Positions 1-13,839 of a stretch of DNA of 64,000 bases are shown one piece after another. The stretch lies in NCBI RefSeq assembly GCF_030028105.1, contig NC_092397.1, forward strand, positions 19,726,630 through 19,790,629, written 5' to 3'. Below the pieces are notes generated by a model. The model was given only the letters and a program-made list of their open reading frames with translations, was not told the DNA's origin and did no database searches. Source of the DNA: Mobula birostris (taxonomy: Eukaryota). A program made the position numbers and the translations under genes. How positions within the stretch are numbered: position 1 is the stretch's first letter; every line of letters begins with the position of its first letter.

Positions 1-2956
1 TCCTTTTCTGTAGTGAATATTGAAGTAAAGTATTCATTAAGTACCTCTGCTATTTCTTCTGGTTCCATACACACTTTCCCACTGTCACACTTGATAGGTT
101 TTATCCTTTCACGTCGTATCCTCTTGCTCTTCACATACTTGTAGAATGCCTTGGGGCTTTCCTTAATCCTGCCCGCCAAGGCCTTCTCATGGCCCCTTCT
201 GACTCTCCTAATTTCCTTCTTAAGCTCCTTCTTGTTAGCCTGACAATCTTCTAGATCTCTGACATTACCTCACCCTCTGAACCTTTTGTAAGCTTTTCTT
301 TTCTTCTTGTCTAGATTTACTGCAGCCTTTTTTGTACACCACGGTTCCTGTACCCTACCATAACTCCCCTGTCTCATTGGAACATACCTATGCAGAACTC
401 CACACTGTTACGTACCCCGTAACTGGGTTGCCAAACCAGCAGAAATGGAACGCTTGTTGGAGTCTGTGATTACGAGGAACTATTAAATTTTTATTAAGGA
501 AATAAGTAATACAGTACACTAATCGCAAGGATATAAATGTAATAGGTTCACAATGATAATACCCACATATACACAGAAATAGGGTAATAGGAATCAACCA
601 AGCTCTATCGTAGTCTAGGGGTAAAATGATCAGTCTTAAGCAGAGTTCAGTTCAGTTTAGTGCAGTTCGAAGTAATCACTGTTGTTGTACCGTTGGAGGG
701 AGGGAGGGAGAGAGATATATAGAGATGCAGTTGGTTTCGGGCAGATCTTTTGATATCTTCTGATCCCGCTGTGGTCACCGACTGTGGCCACTCTGTTCCG
801 GATACGATCATTCTTCCGCAGTGAACCCGGCACTCAGGCAAGGGCGGACACACACCCTGAGAGCATCTGATCAATTCCCGCGAACCGGTCCTCCAAACTC
901 CACCAACTTGTGGGGCACACTGCCCTTTCCAGGGTCTCGTGGTGTGTCTCGTGCCTCTTTTTATCCCCCTGCTGGGGTATCACCTGTCCATCAAACTTCA
1001 AACAATTCAGGTTCAAAGCAAATGGTCTGTCAATATGTTTCTCCATTGTCTTCCATTATCTCTCTCATTAGCATCATCCGTCCGGTAGCTCTGCTTGGCG
1101 ACACACATGACAACAGAAATATTCCCTGAACATTTGCCACATTTCTCCCGTACCTTTCCTTGAGAACATCAGTTCCCAATTTAAGCTTCCAAGTTCCTGC
1201 CTGATAGCCTCATAATTCCCCTTACTCCAATTAATCGCTTTTCTAACTTGTCTGTTCCTAGCTCTCTCCAATGCTATTGCAAAGAAGATAGAATTATGAT
1301 CACTATCTCCAAAATGCTCTCCCACTGAGAGGACTGACACCTGACCAGGTTCATTTCCCAATACCAAATCAAGTACAGTCTCTCCTCTTGTAGGCTTATC
1401 TACACATTGTGTCAAGAAACCTTCCTGAACACACCTAACAAACTCCACCCTATCTAAACGCCAATCGATATTTGTGAAATTAAAATCTCCCACCACTACG
1501 ACTCTTATTCTTATCTGTTTCCCTATCTGCTCCTCGATATCCCTGTTACTGTTGGGTGGACTATGAAAAACACACAGTAGAGTAATTGACCCCTTACTGT
1601 TCCTAACCTCCACCCACAGAGACTCCGTAGACAATCCCCCCATGATGTCCACCTTTTCTGCAGCCATGACACTATCTCTGATCAACAGTGCCACGCCCCC
1701 ACCCCTTTGGCCTCCCTCCCTGTCCTTTCTGAAACATCTAAAACCTGGCACTTGAAGTAACCATTCCTGTCCCTGAGCCATCCAAGTCTCTGTAATGGCC
1801 ACCACACCATAGCTCCAAGTAGTGATACATGCTCTAAGCTCATCTGCTTTGTTCACAATACTCCCTGCGTTAAAATAGACACATCTCAAACCGTTGGTCT
1901 GAGCACGTACCTTCTCTATCACTTGCCTGTCCTCCCTCACACACCGTCTCCAAGCTTTCTCTATTTGTGAGCCAACCGCCTCTTCCCCAGTCTCTTCAGT
2001 TTGGTTCCCACCCCCCAACAGTTCTAGTTTAAACTCTCCCCAATAGCAAACCTCCCCACCAAGATATTGCTCCCCGTGGGATTCAAGTGCAACTCGTCCT
2101 TTTTGTACAGGTCACATCTGCCCCAAAAGAGGTCCCAGTGATCCAGAAATCTGAATCCCTGCCCCCTGCTTTAATCCCTCAGCCATGCATTTATCCTCCA
2201 CCTCAATTCTATTCCTATACTCACTTTCCCGTGGCACAGGCAGTAATCCCGAGATTACTACCTTTGCTCTCTTGCTTCTCAACTTCCTTCCTAACTCCCT
2301 GTAGTCCTTTTTCAGGACCTCCTCCCTTTTCCTACCTATGTCAATGGTAGCAATATGTACCACGACCTCTGGCTGTTCTCCAATCCACTGCAGGATATTT
2401 TGGACGTGATCTGAAACATCCCGGACCCTGGCATCTGGGAGGTAAACTACCATCCGTGTTTCTTTCCTGCATCCACAGAGTGCCGAACTAAAGAGTCCCC
2501 TATCAGTACGGCCTTTCTCTTCCTTTCTCTGCCCTTCTGAGCCACAGGGCCGGACTCTGTGACAGAGGCTCGGCCGCTGTTGCTTCCCCCAGGTAGGCTG
2601 TTCCTCCCCCCCAACCCCCCCCAACAGTACTCAAACAGGAGTACTTATTGTACAGGGGGACAGCCACAGGGGTACTCTCTGGTACCTGACTCTTCCCCTT
2701 CCCTCTCCTGACTGTTAACCACTTGTCTGTCTCCTGTGGTCCCGGTTCGACCACCTGCCTATGACTCCCTTCAATCACCTCCTCGCTCTCCCTGACCAGA
2801 CAAAGGTCAACGAGCTGCAACTCCCGTTCCCTAACGCAATCCCTTGGGAGCCGCAGCTCGACACACCGGGTGCCGATATTCCTGTCCAGGAGGCTGGGAG
2901 ACTCCAGAACTTCCCACATCTGACACCGAGTACAGAACACCGGCCTCACACACATG
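1..2956 (-). mobile_element. CR1-clade LINE (ORF1 Zn-finger/SGNH esterase plus 5' part of ORF2), disrupted
   Basis: ORF 1074-2018 has APE motifs (CVYFNAGSI, VAITETW, VVVGDFN, SDHN). ORF1 pieces include CTRCQMWEV and VVVHIATIDIGR. Interrupted by a solo LTR. Confidence 0.9.
406..1112 (-). mobile_element. Solo LTR (Gypsy-like) inserted in CR1 ORF2
   Basis: TG...CA termini with short imperfect inverted ends (tgttacgt...acatgaca); 4-bp flanks acac/acag; CR1 ORF2 resumes on both sides. Confidence 0.7.
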
Positions 2957-3415
2957 CTTCCTTTGTCACATCTTTCTACCGATTTGTTACCATTCTTTAC
3001 CAGCAGAGCCACGCCATCCCCATTGCCCACCTTCCTGTCCCTCTGACACGTGTAACCTTGGGCACTTAGCTCCCAACTACAAACATGCTTCAGCCGTGAT
3101 TCAGTGATGGTCACAACATTAAACATGACAATCCATAACAGGGCAATAAGATTATCCACCTTATTTAGTATACTCTGGGTATTGAGATATAACAGTTTGA
3201 GTACTGTATTTGCTACCATAGTTGTTTCTGCATCCCTCATGCACTGATACTCACCCTGCTGGCTGCATTTATGTCCTATCATCTGCCTGCCCTTCCTGAC
3301 TGCATGCTATCTTTGCTTTTTTACCATCTGTCCTATCTTGCATCCTTTCACGCCTGTTCCCACGCCCCTGCGAAATTAGTTTAAACCCTCCCCAACCGCT
3401 CTAACAAACCAGCAG
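2957..3415 (-). mobile_element. Older CR1 APE-domain fragment
   Basis: LKLLYLNTQSILNKVD, VVTITESRL and GDGVALLVK in ORF 2503-3282. Confidence 0.75.
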
Positions 3416-4189
3416 TATGCCCACAAGAAAACAAATCTCAGGGTTGTATATGGTGACAGAAATGTATTTTGATAATACATTTACTTTCAGCTTTGAACTT
3501 TGTAGTAGAGAGCCGGGTGTTGTACTGGTCTGTGTCCTCACTGGCCGGTGCTGTGCTCTGGCAGCTCAGTGTGCTTGGTATACAGTGTCAGTGTTTCGAC
3601 AGAAGTGTGTCCTTATTACACAATTGATCTTGTCCATCCTGGAGCTTGGAAGATTGACTGGCGACCAGAATGATTTTTTCAGACTATTATTGGCAGAGAA
3701 TCATTCTGTGATCGTCGAGACTATTTGACCCATCAAATTTATACCACCTCCTGCTACAACATTTCCACAATCCCATTCCCCACTCTGTCCCCACAGCACT
3801 GCAGGTCATTTCCCCTGAAGGACCTGTCTAATTCCTCTTTGAACACTGGTTGTTCCTGCCACCACTCTGCTGAGTCCCGTATTTCCCAAGGTGAAGTCAA
3901 GAATATCTCCCTCCCTGGTGGACCACATATTGTTTCAGGAAACCTTAATGCCCCATCCAAGCCTCAGGGTGTAAGGGAATCCCAGTTACTCTGAGGAGAT
4001 TATTCACTCTCCAAATCTACTCTGTTGTTTTTGCATCATCCCATAACCTGCTAACATATCTGCTTCTGTCTCTTACTGGCGATTGGGAGGCCGACAGTAT
4101 AATCCCATCATGGTGATTGCACCTTTCTTATTCCTGATTTCTACCCACATTGTCTTACTGGATGAGCCTCTGGGTTGACCTTGACCTTG

Positions 4190-4640
4190 TGGCATTCTGC
4201 ATGATCAGTGTGTGTACTGGGCCAATGGCACCAACACGGGTGATGCCATCCGACTCAATAAACTGATTGGAAAGGCTGGCTCTTATAGGAGTCAAACTGG
4301 ACACACTGGAGGCCGTGGTAGCAGAAAGGACCCTACGGAAAATCCTGGCAATTCTGGACAATGTTTCTCACCCTCTGCATGCCACCTTGGCTGAACAGAG
4401 GAGCATCTTCTGTAACAGACTAAGACAACTCTGCTGCTCCAAGGAGCGCTGTATGAAGTCATTCTTACACTGAGCCGTCAGGATCAATAATGAGTCAACC
4501 TATAGCAGGGGAAGTGATGACCCCCCCGCCCCCACGTTAGACTGTTGGAGGTAACTTACTTTACTTTTTATTCTTCCTCTTGCTTCTCTTCTGATATTTG
4601 TATATCTGTGTGCTTGTAATGCTACTGAGACACTGTAATT
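4190..4640 (+). mobile_element. Rex1/Babar-like LINE 3' fragment
   Basis: RLNKLIGKAGS and ILDNVSHPLH match the C-terminus of the element at 63335-63895. Confidence 0.7.
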
Positions 4641-7540
4641 TATCCATTTGGACTTACTTCCTGTGTTAATCCACATCCACCAATGCCAGTTACTGACCTC
4701 TTACTCTTCCCATCACCTGTCCTGAAGGAGAGCCCAATGACCCATGTAACTAAAACCCTCCGTCCTGCACCAGCTCGTGAGCCACACATATAACTGTACC
4801 ACCTTTGTATTTCTTCCCTCGCTAGCACGTGACACCGGCATCACTTCCACCCACCACCACAGAGTTTCTACTGAACTTTTTCCCCAACTCCCTAAGTTCT
4901 CTTTGCAGGACTTTGTCTCTTTTGTTAGTGCCAATATGCACCACCACCTCTGGCTGCTCACCCTGCCCTTTCAGAATGGCCTGTACTTGTTCAGTTCCGT
5001 CCTCGACCCTGGTACCAGGGAGGTAATGCACCATCGTGCAGTCTCTCTCCTTGCCACAGATACACCTGTCTGTGACCCCGGCTAAAGACTCCCCTGTCAC
5101 TGAGGCTCACCGAGAACACAGAACAGTACAGCACAGGAACAGACCCTTCTTCCCATGATGTCTGTGCTGAACATGATGTCAAATGAAACTAAACCTCTTC
5201 TGCCTGCTTATAATTCATGTGCTTCAAATCTCTGAATATTCATGGGCTTATCTAAAACCCTGTTAAATGTCATTATCATATCTGCTAACAGGACTCCCCA
5301 TGGCAGCCCATACCCGGCCCTCACCACTCTCTGTACGGACTTAGAAATCTTACCCGCCCTAACGTCTACCTTTAAATTCCCACCCTGACATTTTAAAGCT
5401 ACGCCTTCTCATATTTGATATTTCTACCCTGGCAAAATGACTCTGCCTGTTTACCTTGTCTACACATCTCATAGTTTTATCATCTTCTGTCAGGTCTCCC
5501 CTCAGTCTTCTTCACTCCAGGGAAAACAGCCCTAGTTGGTCTGATCTTTCCTTGTAACTCAAGCCCCCAGTCCAGGTAACATTCCTGTGAATCGTTTCTG
5601 CACCTTTTCAGCTTAATCACATCCTTCCTCTCATGTGACCAGAACTGCACAGGGTACTCCTGCTGTGGTCTCATTATTCATTTGTACAACTGTAATGTGA
5701 TGTCCCAACTCCTCTCAGAGCCTTTGCCGATGAAGACAAGCATGTCGTGCTCCTTTTTCACCCCCTTGTCTGTCTGTGTTGGCACTTTCAGGGAATTACT
5801 TACCTGTGCCCCAGGTTTCTCTTTCATCAACATTCCTCAGGACCTTCCATTCACTGGGTATGTCCTGACCTGCTTTAACTTCCCAAAATCCATTATTGTG
5901 CACTTGTCTGTCACGGTAACAACACTTCTCTGTTTCTCTGCACCAATACCCCAGCAGTGAATGTCAATGGACCATTGAGCTCTGAACCTTGGTCATATAT
6001 GGTTTTATGAACCACTCACTGCTCCCGTCTCTATTTTGTTGTGTAGTTCAGCACCTTGACGCCTCTCTATTTCTCTCATTTACAATTTATCTCCACATAA
6101 ATAGTAGTTTGACTTTTGATTCCTCCTACCACTCTACACGCCATCACACTTCACCACATTAAACTCCATTTACCAAGTATTCTACTCACCAGCTGCTTCT
6201 TATCCTGTTGGAGAGACCAAATGTCCAATCACATCATGTCCCCCACCACATTCCCTGTCATTGACCTCCCTCCTCTGGGTCATTAATATCAATAATAAAT
6301 CATTGACGATCCAGAACTGGTCACTGGGACACTCCACTAGTAATATCATCCCAGTCTGAAACAGACCTGTTATTCTGTCTCAGTATGATGACCAGTCTTC
6401 AGTCAGTATTAACACACTTCCTTCCCAGTACTGAGCTCTGGTCTTGTGCACCAGCCTTACATGTGGCACCTTGGCAAATGGCTCCCGAAAATCCAAGAAC
6501 ACCACTTCTCCAACTTCCCATGTAAAGTCTCAAATCTCTGGTATATTTGTCAAACATGACTTAACATTCAACACCCCAGGTTACAGGGTCCAAGACCAGG
6601 TTCCAGATGGACAGGGTGGTGAAGAGGCTTTTGGAACACTGGCCTTCACTCAGGGCCCCGAATATAGAAGCTGGGATGAGATGTTGCAGTTGTACAACAC
6701 ATTGGTTTAGCCGCTTTTCGCAAATAGTGTTTAGTTTCTGTGACCCTGCTGTATGACAGACACCATTAAGCTGGAAAGAGTGCAGAGGAGATTTACGGGG
6801 ATGTTACTGGATCTCAAAGGATTTGTGGAAAGGTGTTTCAGATAATTTTCCCTGGAATGTTGGAGAATGAGTGCTGATATTGCAGAGGTGTATAAGAACA
6901 TGAGGGACCTGGGGGCTGGTCAGTAAATGGAATGAGCTGCTAGGGGGAGTGGTTGAGTCAGGTACATTAAAAAGGCACTTGGACAGGTACATGGAAAGGA
7001 AAGGTTTTGAGTACATGGGCCAAATGCAGAGAAATGGGACAAGGAGGAGGATAACCTTGTTCATAATATGGTGGTGAGGGGGTTACAGACCACAAGCTCA
7101 GATGGGAGCTTTGGTCATCGTGGAATCTGTGTGAATCTGACTGTAGACCCTGTTGACATGAAACTTTTCCAAATGATTTGTTATTTCTTCATTGATTATA
7201 GACTCCAGTACCAGAAGTGAAGTTAACAGGACTACAGTTACTTGCATTTTATCTTCCGTCCTTCTTCAACAATGGTTTTCAACTCCACTGGGACCTTTCT
7301 GTAACAGTGAGTTTTGACAAACTTCACTTTCTCTACTTTCTCTCCAGACTTCCTGTGAAAGCATCCAGTGCAGGTCGTTGGGACCTGGTAAAGTTTGCTT
7401 TTAGTCCCATTAGTTTCTCCCTTGTGATGGCGATCGTTACACATTATTGCACAATGTTGAAATGTCACCGTTAGATATCTGTGGGATGTTTGCTGTGCCC
7501 CACTGTGAACACTAATGCAAGTTATTGAGTTAACTTCTTT
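4640..7540. mobile_element. Cluster of decayed CR1 fragments in both orientations (ORF1 esterase, RT 3' ends)
   Basis: EQPEVVVHIGTN (4822-5100) and EYPVQFWS/LQLYNTLV motifs, with many stops and frameshifts. Confidence 0.7.
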
Positions 7541-7769
7541 GCTTGTTTCTTGTTACTTTTAGCTTTTATCTCATCATTGGTTCCTAAAAAATTCCTGATG
7601 CTCTTGTCTACCACCAGCCCTTGCCTCTGCATGTTCTTTGATTTAATATTTCCTAGAAAGCCTTTGACCACACCTCAGGATCTTGAGGCCACTCCTCCCC
7701 TTCTCTTCTTTCCCTCCCTCTCTCACCATCATTTTCCCTACATACAAAGTTCTTATGAAAAGTATTCAC

Positions 7770-9846
7770 ACCAGTTGTTCATTCCAGTTTGGCAGAAGAA
7801 TAAACCAGGGAAGGTAGTGCATCCGTGGCTGACAAGGGAAATTAGGGATAGTATCAACTCCAAAGAAGAAACATAGAAATTAGCCAGAAAAAGTGGCACA
7901 CCTGAGGACTGGGAGAAATTCAGAGTCCAGCAGAGGAGGACAAAGGGCTTAATTAGGAAAGGGAGAAAAGATTATGAGAGAAAGCTGGCAGGGAACATAA
8001 AAAGTGACTGTAAAACCTTTTATAGATATGTGAAAAGAAAAAGATTGGTTAAGACAAATGTAGGTCCCTTACAGTCAGAAACAGGTGAATTGATCATGGG
8101 GAACAAGGACACGGCAGACCAATTGAATAACTACTTTGCTTCTGTCTTCACTAAGGTGGACATAAATAATATTCTGGAAATAGTAGGGGACCGAGGGTCT
8201 AGTGAGATGGAGTAACTGAGGGAAATACATGTTAGTAGGGGAGTGGTGTTAGGTAAATTGAAGAGATTGAAAGCAGATAAATCCCCAGGGCCAGATGGCC
8301 TGCATCCCAGGGTGCTTAAGGAAGTAGCCCAAGAAATGGTGGGTGCCTCAGTGATAATTTTTCAAAACTCTTTAGATTCTGGATAAATTCCTGAGGATTG
8401 GAGGGTGGCTAATGTAACCCCGCTTTTTTAAAAAAGGAGGGAGAGAGAAACCGGGGAATTATAGACCGGTAAACCTGACATCGGTGGTGGGGAAAATGCT
8501 AGAGTCAGTTATCAAAGATGTGATAACAGCACATTTGGAAAGCGGTGAAATCATCGGACGAAGTCAGCATGGATTTGTGAAAAGATAATCATGTCTGACG
8601 AATCTCAGAATTTTTTGAGGATGTAACTAGTAGAGTGGATAGGGGAGAACCAGTGGATGTGGTATATTTGGATTTTGAAAAGGCTTTTGACAAGGTCCCA
8701 CACAGGAAACTTAAAGCACACGGTGTTGGGAGTATGGCATTGATGTGGATAGAGAATTGGCTGGCAGACAGGAAGCCAAGAGTGGGAATAAACAGGACCT
8801 TTTCAGAATGGCAGGCAGTGACTCGTGGGGTACCGCAAGGCTCAGTGCTGGGACCCCAGTTGTTTACAATATATATTAATGACTTAGACGAGGGAATAAA
8901 ATTCAGCATCTCCAAGTTTGCGGATGACACGAAGCTGGGCGGCAGTGTTAGCTGTGAGGAGGATGCTAAGGGGATGCAGGGTGACTTGGACAGGCTGGGT
9001 GAGTGGGCAAATTCATGGCAGATGCAATTTAATGTGGATTAATGTGAGGTTATCCACTTTGGTGGTAAGAACAGGAAAGCAGATTATTATCTGAATGGTG
9101 GCCGATTAGGAAAAGGGGAGGTGCAACGAGACCTGGGTGTCATTGTACACCAGTCATTGAAAGTGGGCATGCAGGTACAGCAGGCGGTGAAAAAGGCGAA
9201 TGGTATGCTGGCATTGATAGCAAGAGGATTCGAGTACAGGAGCAGGGAGGTACTACTGCAGTTGTACAAGGCCTTGGTGAGACCACACCTGGAGTATTGT
9301 GTGCAGTTTTGGTCCCCTAATCTGAGGAAAGATATTCTTGCCATAGAGGGAATACAAAGAAGGTTCACCAGATTGATTCCTGGGATGGCAGGACTTTCAT
9401 GTGATGAAAGACTGGATCGGCTAGGCTTATACTCTCTGGAATTTAGAAGGTTGATGGGGGATCTGATTGAAACGTATAAAATCCTAAAGGGATTGGACAG
9501 GCTAGATGCAGGAAGATTGTACCCGATGTTGGGGAAGTCCAGAACGAGGGGTCACAGTTTGACGATAAAGGGAGGCCTTTTAGGACTGAGATGAGGAAAA
9601 ACTTCTTCATGCAGAGAGTGGTGAATCTGTGGAATTCTCTGCCACAGGAAACAGTTGAGGCCAGTTCATTGGCTATATTTAAGAGGGAGTTAGATATGGC
9701 CCTTGTGGCTAAAGGGATCAGGGGGTATGGAGAGAAGGCAGGTACAGGGTTCTGAGTTGGATGATCAGCCATGATCGTACTGAATGGCAGTGCAGGCTTG
9801 AGGGGCCGAATGGCCTACTGCACCTATTTTCTGTGTTTCTATGTTT
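7770..9846 (+). mobile_element. 5'-truncated, relatively young CR1 LINE (RT domain and 3' UTR)
   Basis: YLDFEKAFDKVPH, GVPQGSVLGP, KFADDTK and LVRPHLEYCVQFWSP motifs; 3' tail ttctgtgtttctatgttt; absent from the right arm. Confidence 0.92.
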
Positions 9847-9958
9847 ACCCCTTAGAAGTAGATTGAATTTGGCTTTTTTTTTTGAAACTAATCAATGGGA
9901 AAAAACTCTTTTGTGTCAAAGTGAAAACAAATCTCTACAAAATGCTCTCAATTAATTA

Positions 9959-12174
9959 TACTTATACTTTATACTTCATTGTCGCCAAACAATTGATACT
10001 AGAACGTAAAATCATCACGGCGATATTTGATTCTGCGCTTCCCACTCCCTGGATTACTAGCATTAAATATTAAAAAATTAAATTATAAATCATAAATAGA
10101 AAATAGAAAAATGGAATGTAAGGAAGTGCAAAAAAGACGAGGGGCAGGTCCGGATATTTGGAGGGTACGGCCCAGGTCCGGGTCAGGATCCGTTCAGCAG
10201 TCTTATCACAGTTGGAAAGAAGCTGTTCCCAAATCTGGCCGTACGAGTCTTCAAGCTCCTGAGCCTTCTCCCGGAGGGAAGAGGGGCAAAAAGTGTGTTG
10301 GCTGGGTGGGTCGTGTCCTTGATTATCCTGGCAGCACTGCTCCGACAGTGTGCGGTGTAAAGTGAGTCCACAGACAGAAGATTGGTTTGTGTGATGTACT
10401 CTCCCGTGTTCACGATCTTCTGCAGCTTCTTTCGGTCTTGGACAGGACAACTTCCATGCTGGGTTGTGATGCACCCTAGAAGAATGCTTCCTACGGTGCA
10501 TCTATAGAAATTAGTGAGGGTTTTAGGGGACAGGCCAAACTTCTTTAGTTTTTTCAGGAAGTAAAGGCGCTGCTGGGCCTTCTTGGCAGTGAACTCTGCT
10601 TGGTTGGACCAAATCTGGTCATTTGTGATATTGACCCCGAGGAACTTAAAGTTTTAACCCTGTTCCACTTGCGCACCACCGACGTAAATTGGGTTGTGCT
10701 GTCTGCTACTCCTTCTGAAGTCAACAACCAATTCCTTCGTCTTGCTGACGTTGAGGGATAGGTTATTGTCTTCGCACCATGCCACCAGATTCTTAATTTC
10801 CTCTCTGTACTCAAACTCATTATTACCCAAGATACAGCCGACAATTGTTGTGTCATCAGCAAACTTATATATTGAGTTTGATGGAAACTTGGCTACACAA
10901 TTATGGGGGTACAGTGGGTACAGTAGGGGGCTGAGTACACAGCCTTGTGGGGCACTGGTGCTCAGAGTGATTGTTGAGGAGAGCTTGTCCCCTATTTTTA
11001 CAGCCTGGGTCCTGTCTGTGACGAAGTTGAAGATCCAGCTGCAGAACTGAGTGCTAAGGCCCAGGTTCCAGAGCTTAGGAATCAGTTTATTTGGAATGAT
11101 GGTATTAAAGGCAGAGCTGTAGTCAATGAAAAGGAGCCTTACGTATGTGTCTTTATTCTCCAGGTGTTCTAAGGAGGAATGTAGGGCCAGAGAGATGGCA
11201 ACTGCCATTGACCTGTTGCTCCGGTAGGTGAATTGCAAAGCGTCGAGGTTGACCTGTAGGCTGTGGTTGATGTGTGTCATAACCAATCGCTTGAAGCACT
11301 TCATAGCAATTGATGTCAGAGCCACAGGTCGGTAGTCATTCAGGCATTCCACCTTGCTCTTCTTCGGCACTGGAATTATCGTTGCATTCCTAAAACATGA
11401 GGGGATCTCAGTCTGAAGCAAGGAGCAGTTGAAGATGTCAGCAAACACTCCAGCTAGCTCACTTGCACAGGCCCGGAGAACCCGTCCCGGGACGCCATCT
11501 GGGCCCGTTGCCTTCCTTGGATTTATCTTCAGGAAGGCCCTTCTAACGTCCTCCTCGGTGACGATGAATCTCGATGCCACCAGGTCCGGTACATCCTCTT
11601 CTGTTCGAATCTTGCGTAGAATACGTTAAGTTCGTCAGGAAGAGAAGTGCCACAGTTATTGATATTCCCAGCCTTTTCTTTGCGCCCAGTGATCTCATTT
11701 TACCCTGCCATAGTCTACTGGCATCCCTCTGGTCGCCTGGGCTTCCAACTTGGCTCGATATTGCCTCTTGGCGCCCTTAATGGCTTTCCGGAGTTCACGT
11801 CTGGATTCCGTGTAGTGACTGGTATCCCTGGACCTAAAAGCTGCAGCTCTAGCCTTTAAAAGAGACTTGACCTTATAATTCATCCAAGGTTTCCGGTTAG
11901 GGAATACCTGGATCGTCTTGCGAGACACACAGTCCTCCGTGCATTTCCAAATAAAGTTCGTGACAGCTGAGGCATACTCATCGAGGTTAGCTGTCGAGTC
12001 CTTGAATACTAACCAGTCCACCAATTCAAAGCAGTCACGGAGGACTTCATCCGTTTCCCCCGTCCAATGCGACACTACATTTGACACCGTGACCTCCTGC
12101 TTCAGTTTCTGTTTGTAAGCCGGGAGGAGGAGTACGGCCTGATGGTCCGATTTTCTGAAGTGAGGTCGTGGGAC
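9959..12174 (-). mobile_element. 5'-truncated Rex1/Babar-clade LINE with 7-bp TSD
   Basis: RT ORF 10654-11580 ([38 protein letters not shown]). TTAATTA flanks at 9952-9958 and 12175-12181. Short tandem-repeat 3' tail. Confidence 0.9.
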
Positions 12175-13839
12175 TTAATTACGAATCTAAAACACAAAAT
12201 AATTGTCTGCATAAGTATTCACCTCCTTTAATATGACACACCAAATCATCAGTGGTGCAGCCAATTAGTTTTCGAAGTTACATGATCAGTTAAATGGAGA
12301 TGACCGTGTGCAGTCAAGGTGTTTCAATTGATTGTAGTAATAGTACACCTGTAAGTGGAAGGTCGAACTGCTGGTGAGTCAGTATCCTGGGGAAACTACA
12401 CCGTGAAGACAAATCAACACTCCGAGCTGCTCTGCAAACAGGTAATTGAAAAACACAAGCCAGGAGATGGATACAAGAACATTTCCAAGTCACTGAATGC
12501 CCTTAGAGTATAGTTAAGTCACTCATCCAGAAGTGGGAAGAATATGGCACAGCTGTAAATCTGCCAAGAGCAGGCTGTCCTCAAAAACTGAGTGGCCATG
12601 CAAGAAGGGGCCAGTGGGGGAGGCCACCAAGAGACCTATGATAACTCTAGAGGAGTTACAAGCTTCAGTGGTGGGAGAGATTGTGCAAACATCAACTGTT
12701 GCCCGGGTGTTTCACCAGTCGCAGCTTTACGGGAGAGTGGCAGAGAAAAAGCCACTGTTGAAAAATGCTCTCATGAAATCTTGCCTGAAGTTTCCCAGAA
12801 TTGTGGGGGACCCTGAAGTTAGTTGGACGAAGATTCTATGGTCTGATGAAAACAAAATTGAACTTCTTGACCATCACAAACACTAAGTTTGGAGTAAGCC
12901 AAACACTGCACAACATCAAAAACACACCATCCCTACCGTGAAGTGTGGTGGAGGCTGCATCATCCTGTGGGTATGCTTTACTGCAGCAGGCCCTGAAAGG
13001 CACGTAAAGGTAGAGGGTAAAATGAATGCAGCAAAATACAGGGAAATCCTGGAGGAAAACCAAATTCAGTCTTCAAATGAACTGCGACTTAGGAGAAAAT
13101 TAATTTTCCACCAAGACAATGACTGCAAGCATAAAACCAAAGCTGCAAAGGAATGCCTTAAAACAACAAAGTTAATGTCCTGGAGTGGCTTTGTGAGAGT
13201 CCATACCTCAATCCAATTGGGAATTTGTGGCTGGACTTGAAAAGATCTGTTCAGTCACCAACCCATGCATTCTGACAGAGCTTCAGCAGTTTTGTAAAGA
13301 AGAATGGGGAAAATTGCAGTGTTCAGATGTACAAAGCTGATAGACACCTATCCACACAGACTGAACTGTAAATACTGTTAAAGGTGCATCAACTAATTAC
13401 TGATTTGAAGGAGGTGAATACTAAGGCAATGAATTATTTTGTGTTTTATATTTACAATTAATTTAGATCACTTTGTGGAGATCTGCTTTCACTTTGACAC
13501 CGTGGAGTCTTTTCTGTTGATCAGTGTCAAAAAAGCCAAATTAAATCCATTGCAAAACAATAAAACATAAAAACTTCTAAGGAGACTGAACATTTTATAT
13601 AGGCACTGTATCCACTCCTTCACCAGCACGTTATGAACAAATCCACCCTGCTCATTTCCATTTTGCCGATTCAGTGTGGAACATTGAATACAGTGGAATA
13701 TCAAATTCCCAGTCTCTGTAACCATGTCCCTGCAGCAGCTGTTAGATCAAACATATTCATTAGTACACAATATGGAACAGATGGCAACCTGCCCTTCGGC
13801 CCACAATATCTGCGCCAATCATAATAATGATCAGAATTT

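Larger units (their letters stand above)
7745..13608 (+). mobile_element. Tc1-like DNA transposon (inactive) with two nested LINE insertions
   Basis: Transposase remnants at 12403-13410 (DGYKNISKSL, ILWSDENKIEL, VKCGGGCIILW, FHQDNDCKH, YLNPIGNLW). Right end is ...aggcactg|TA at 13608-13610. The degenerate left TIR starts at ~7745 and is split by the inserts. Confidence 0.85.
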
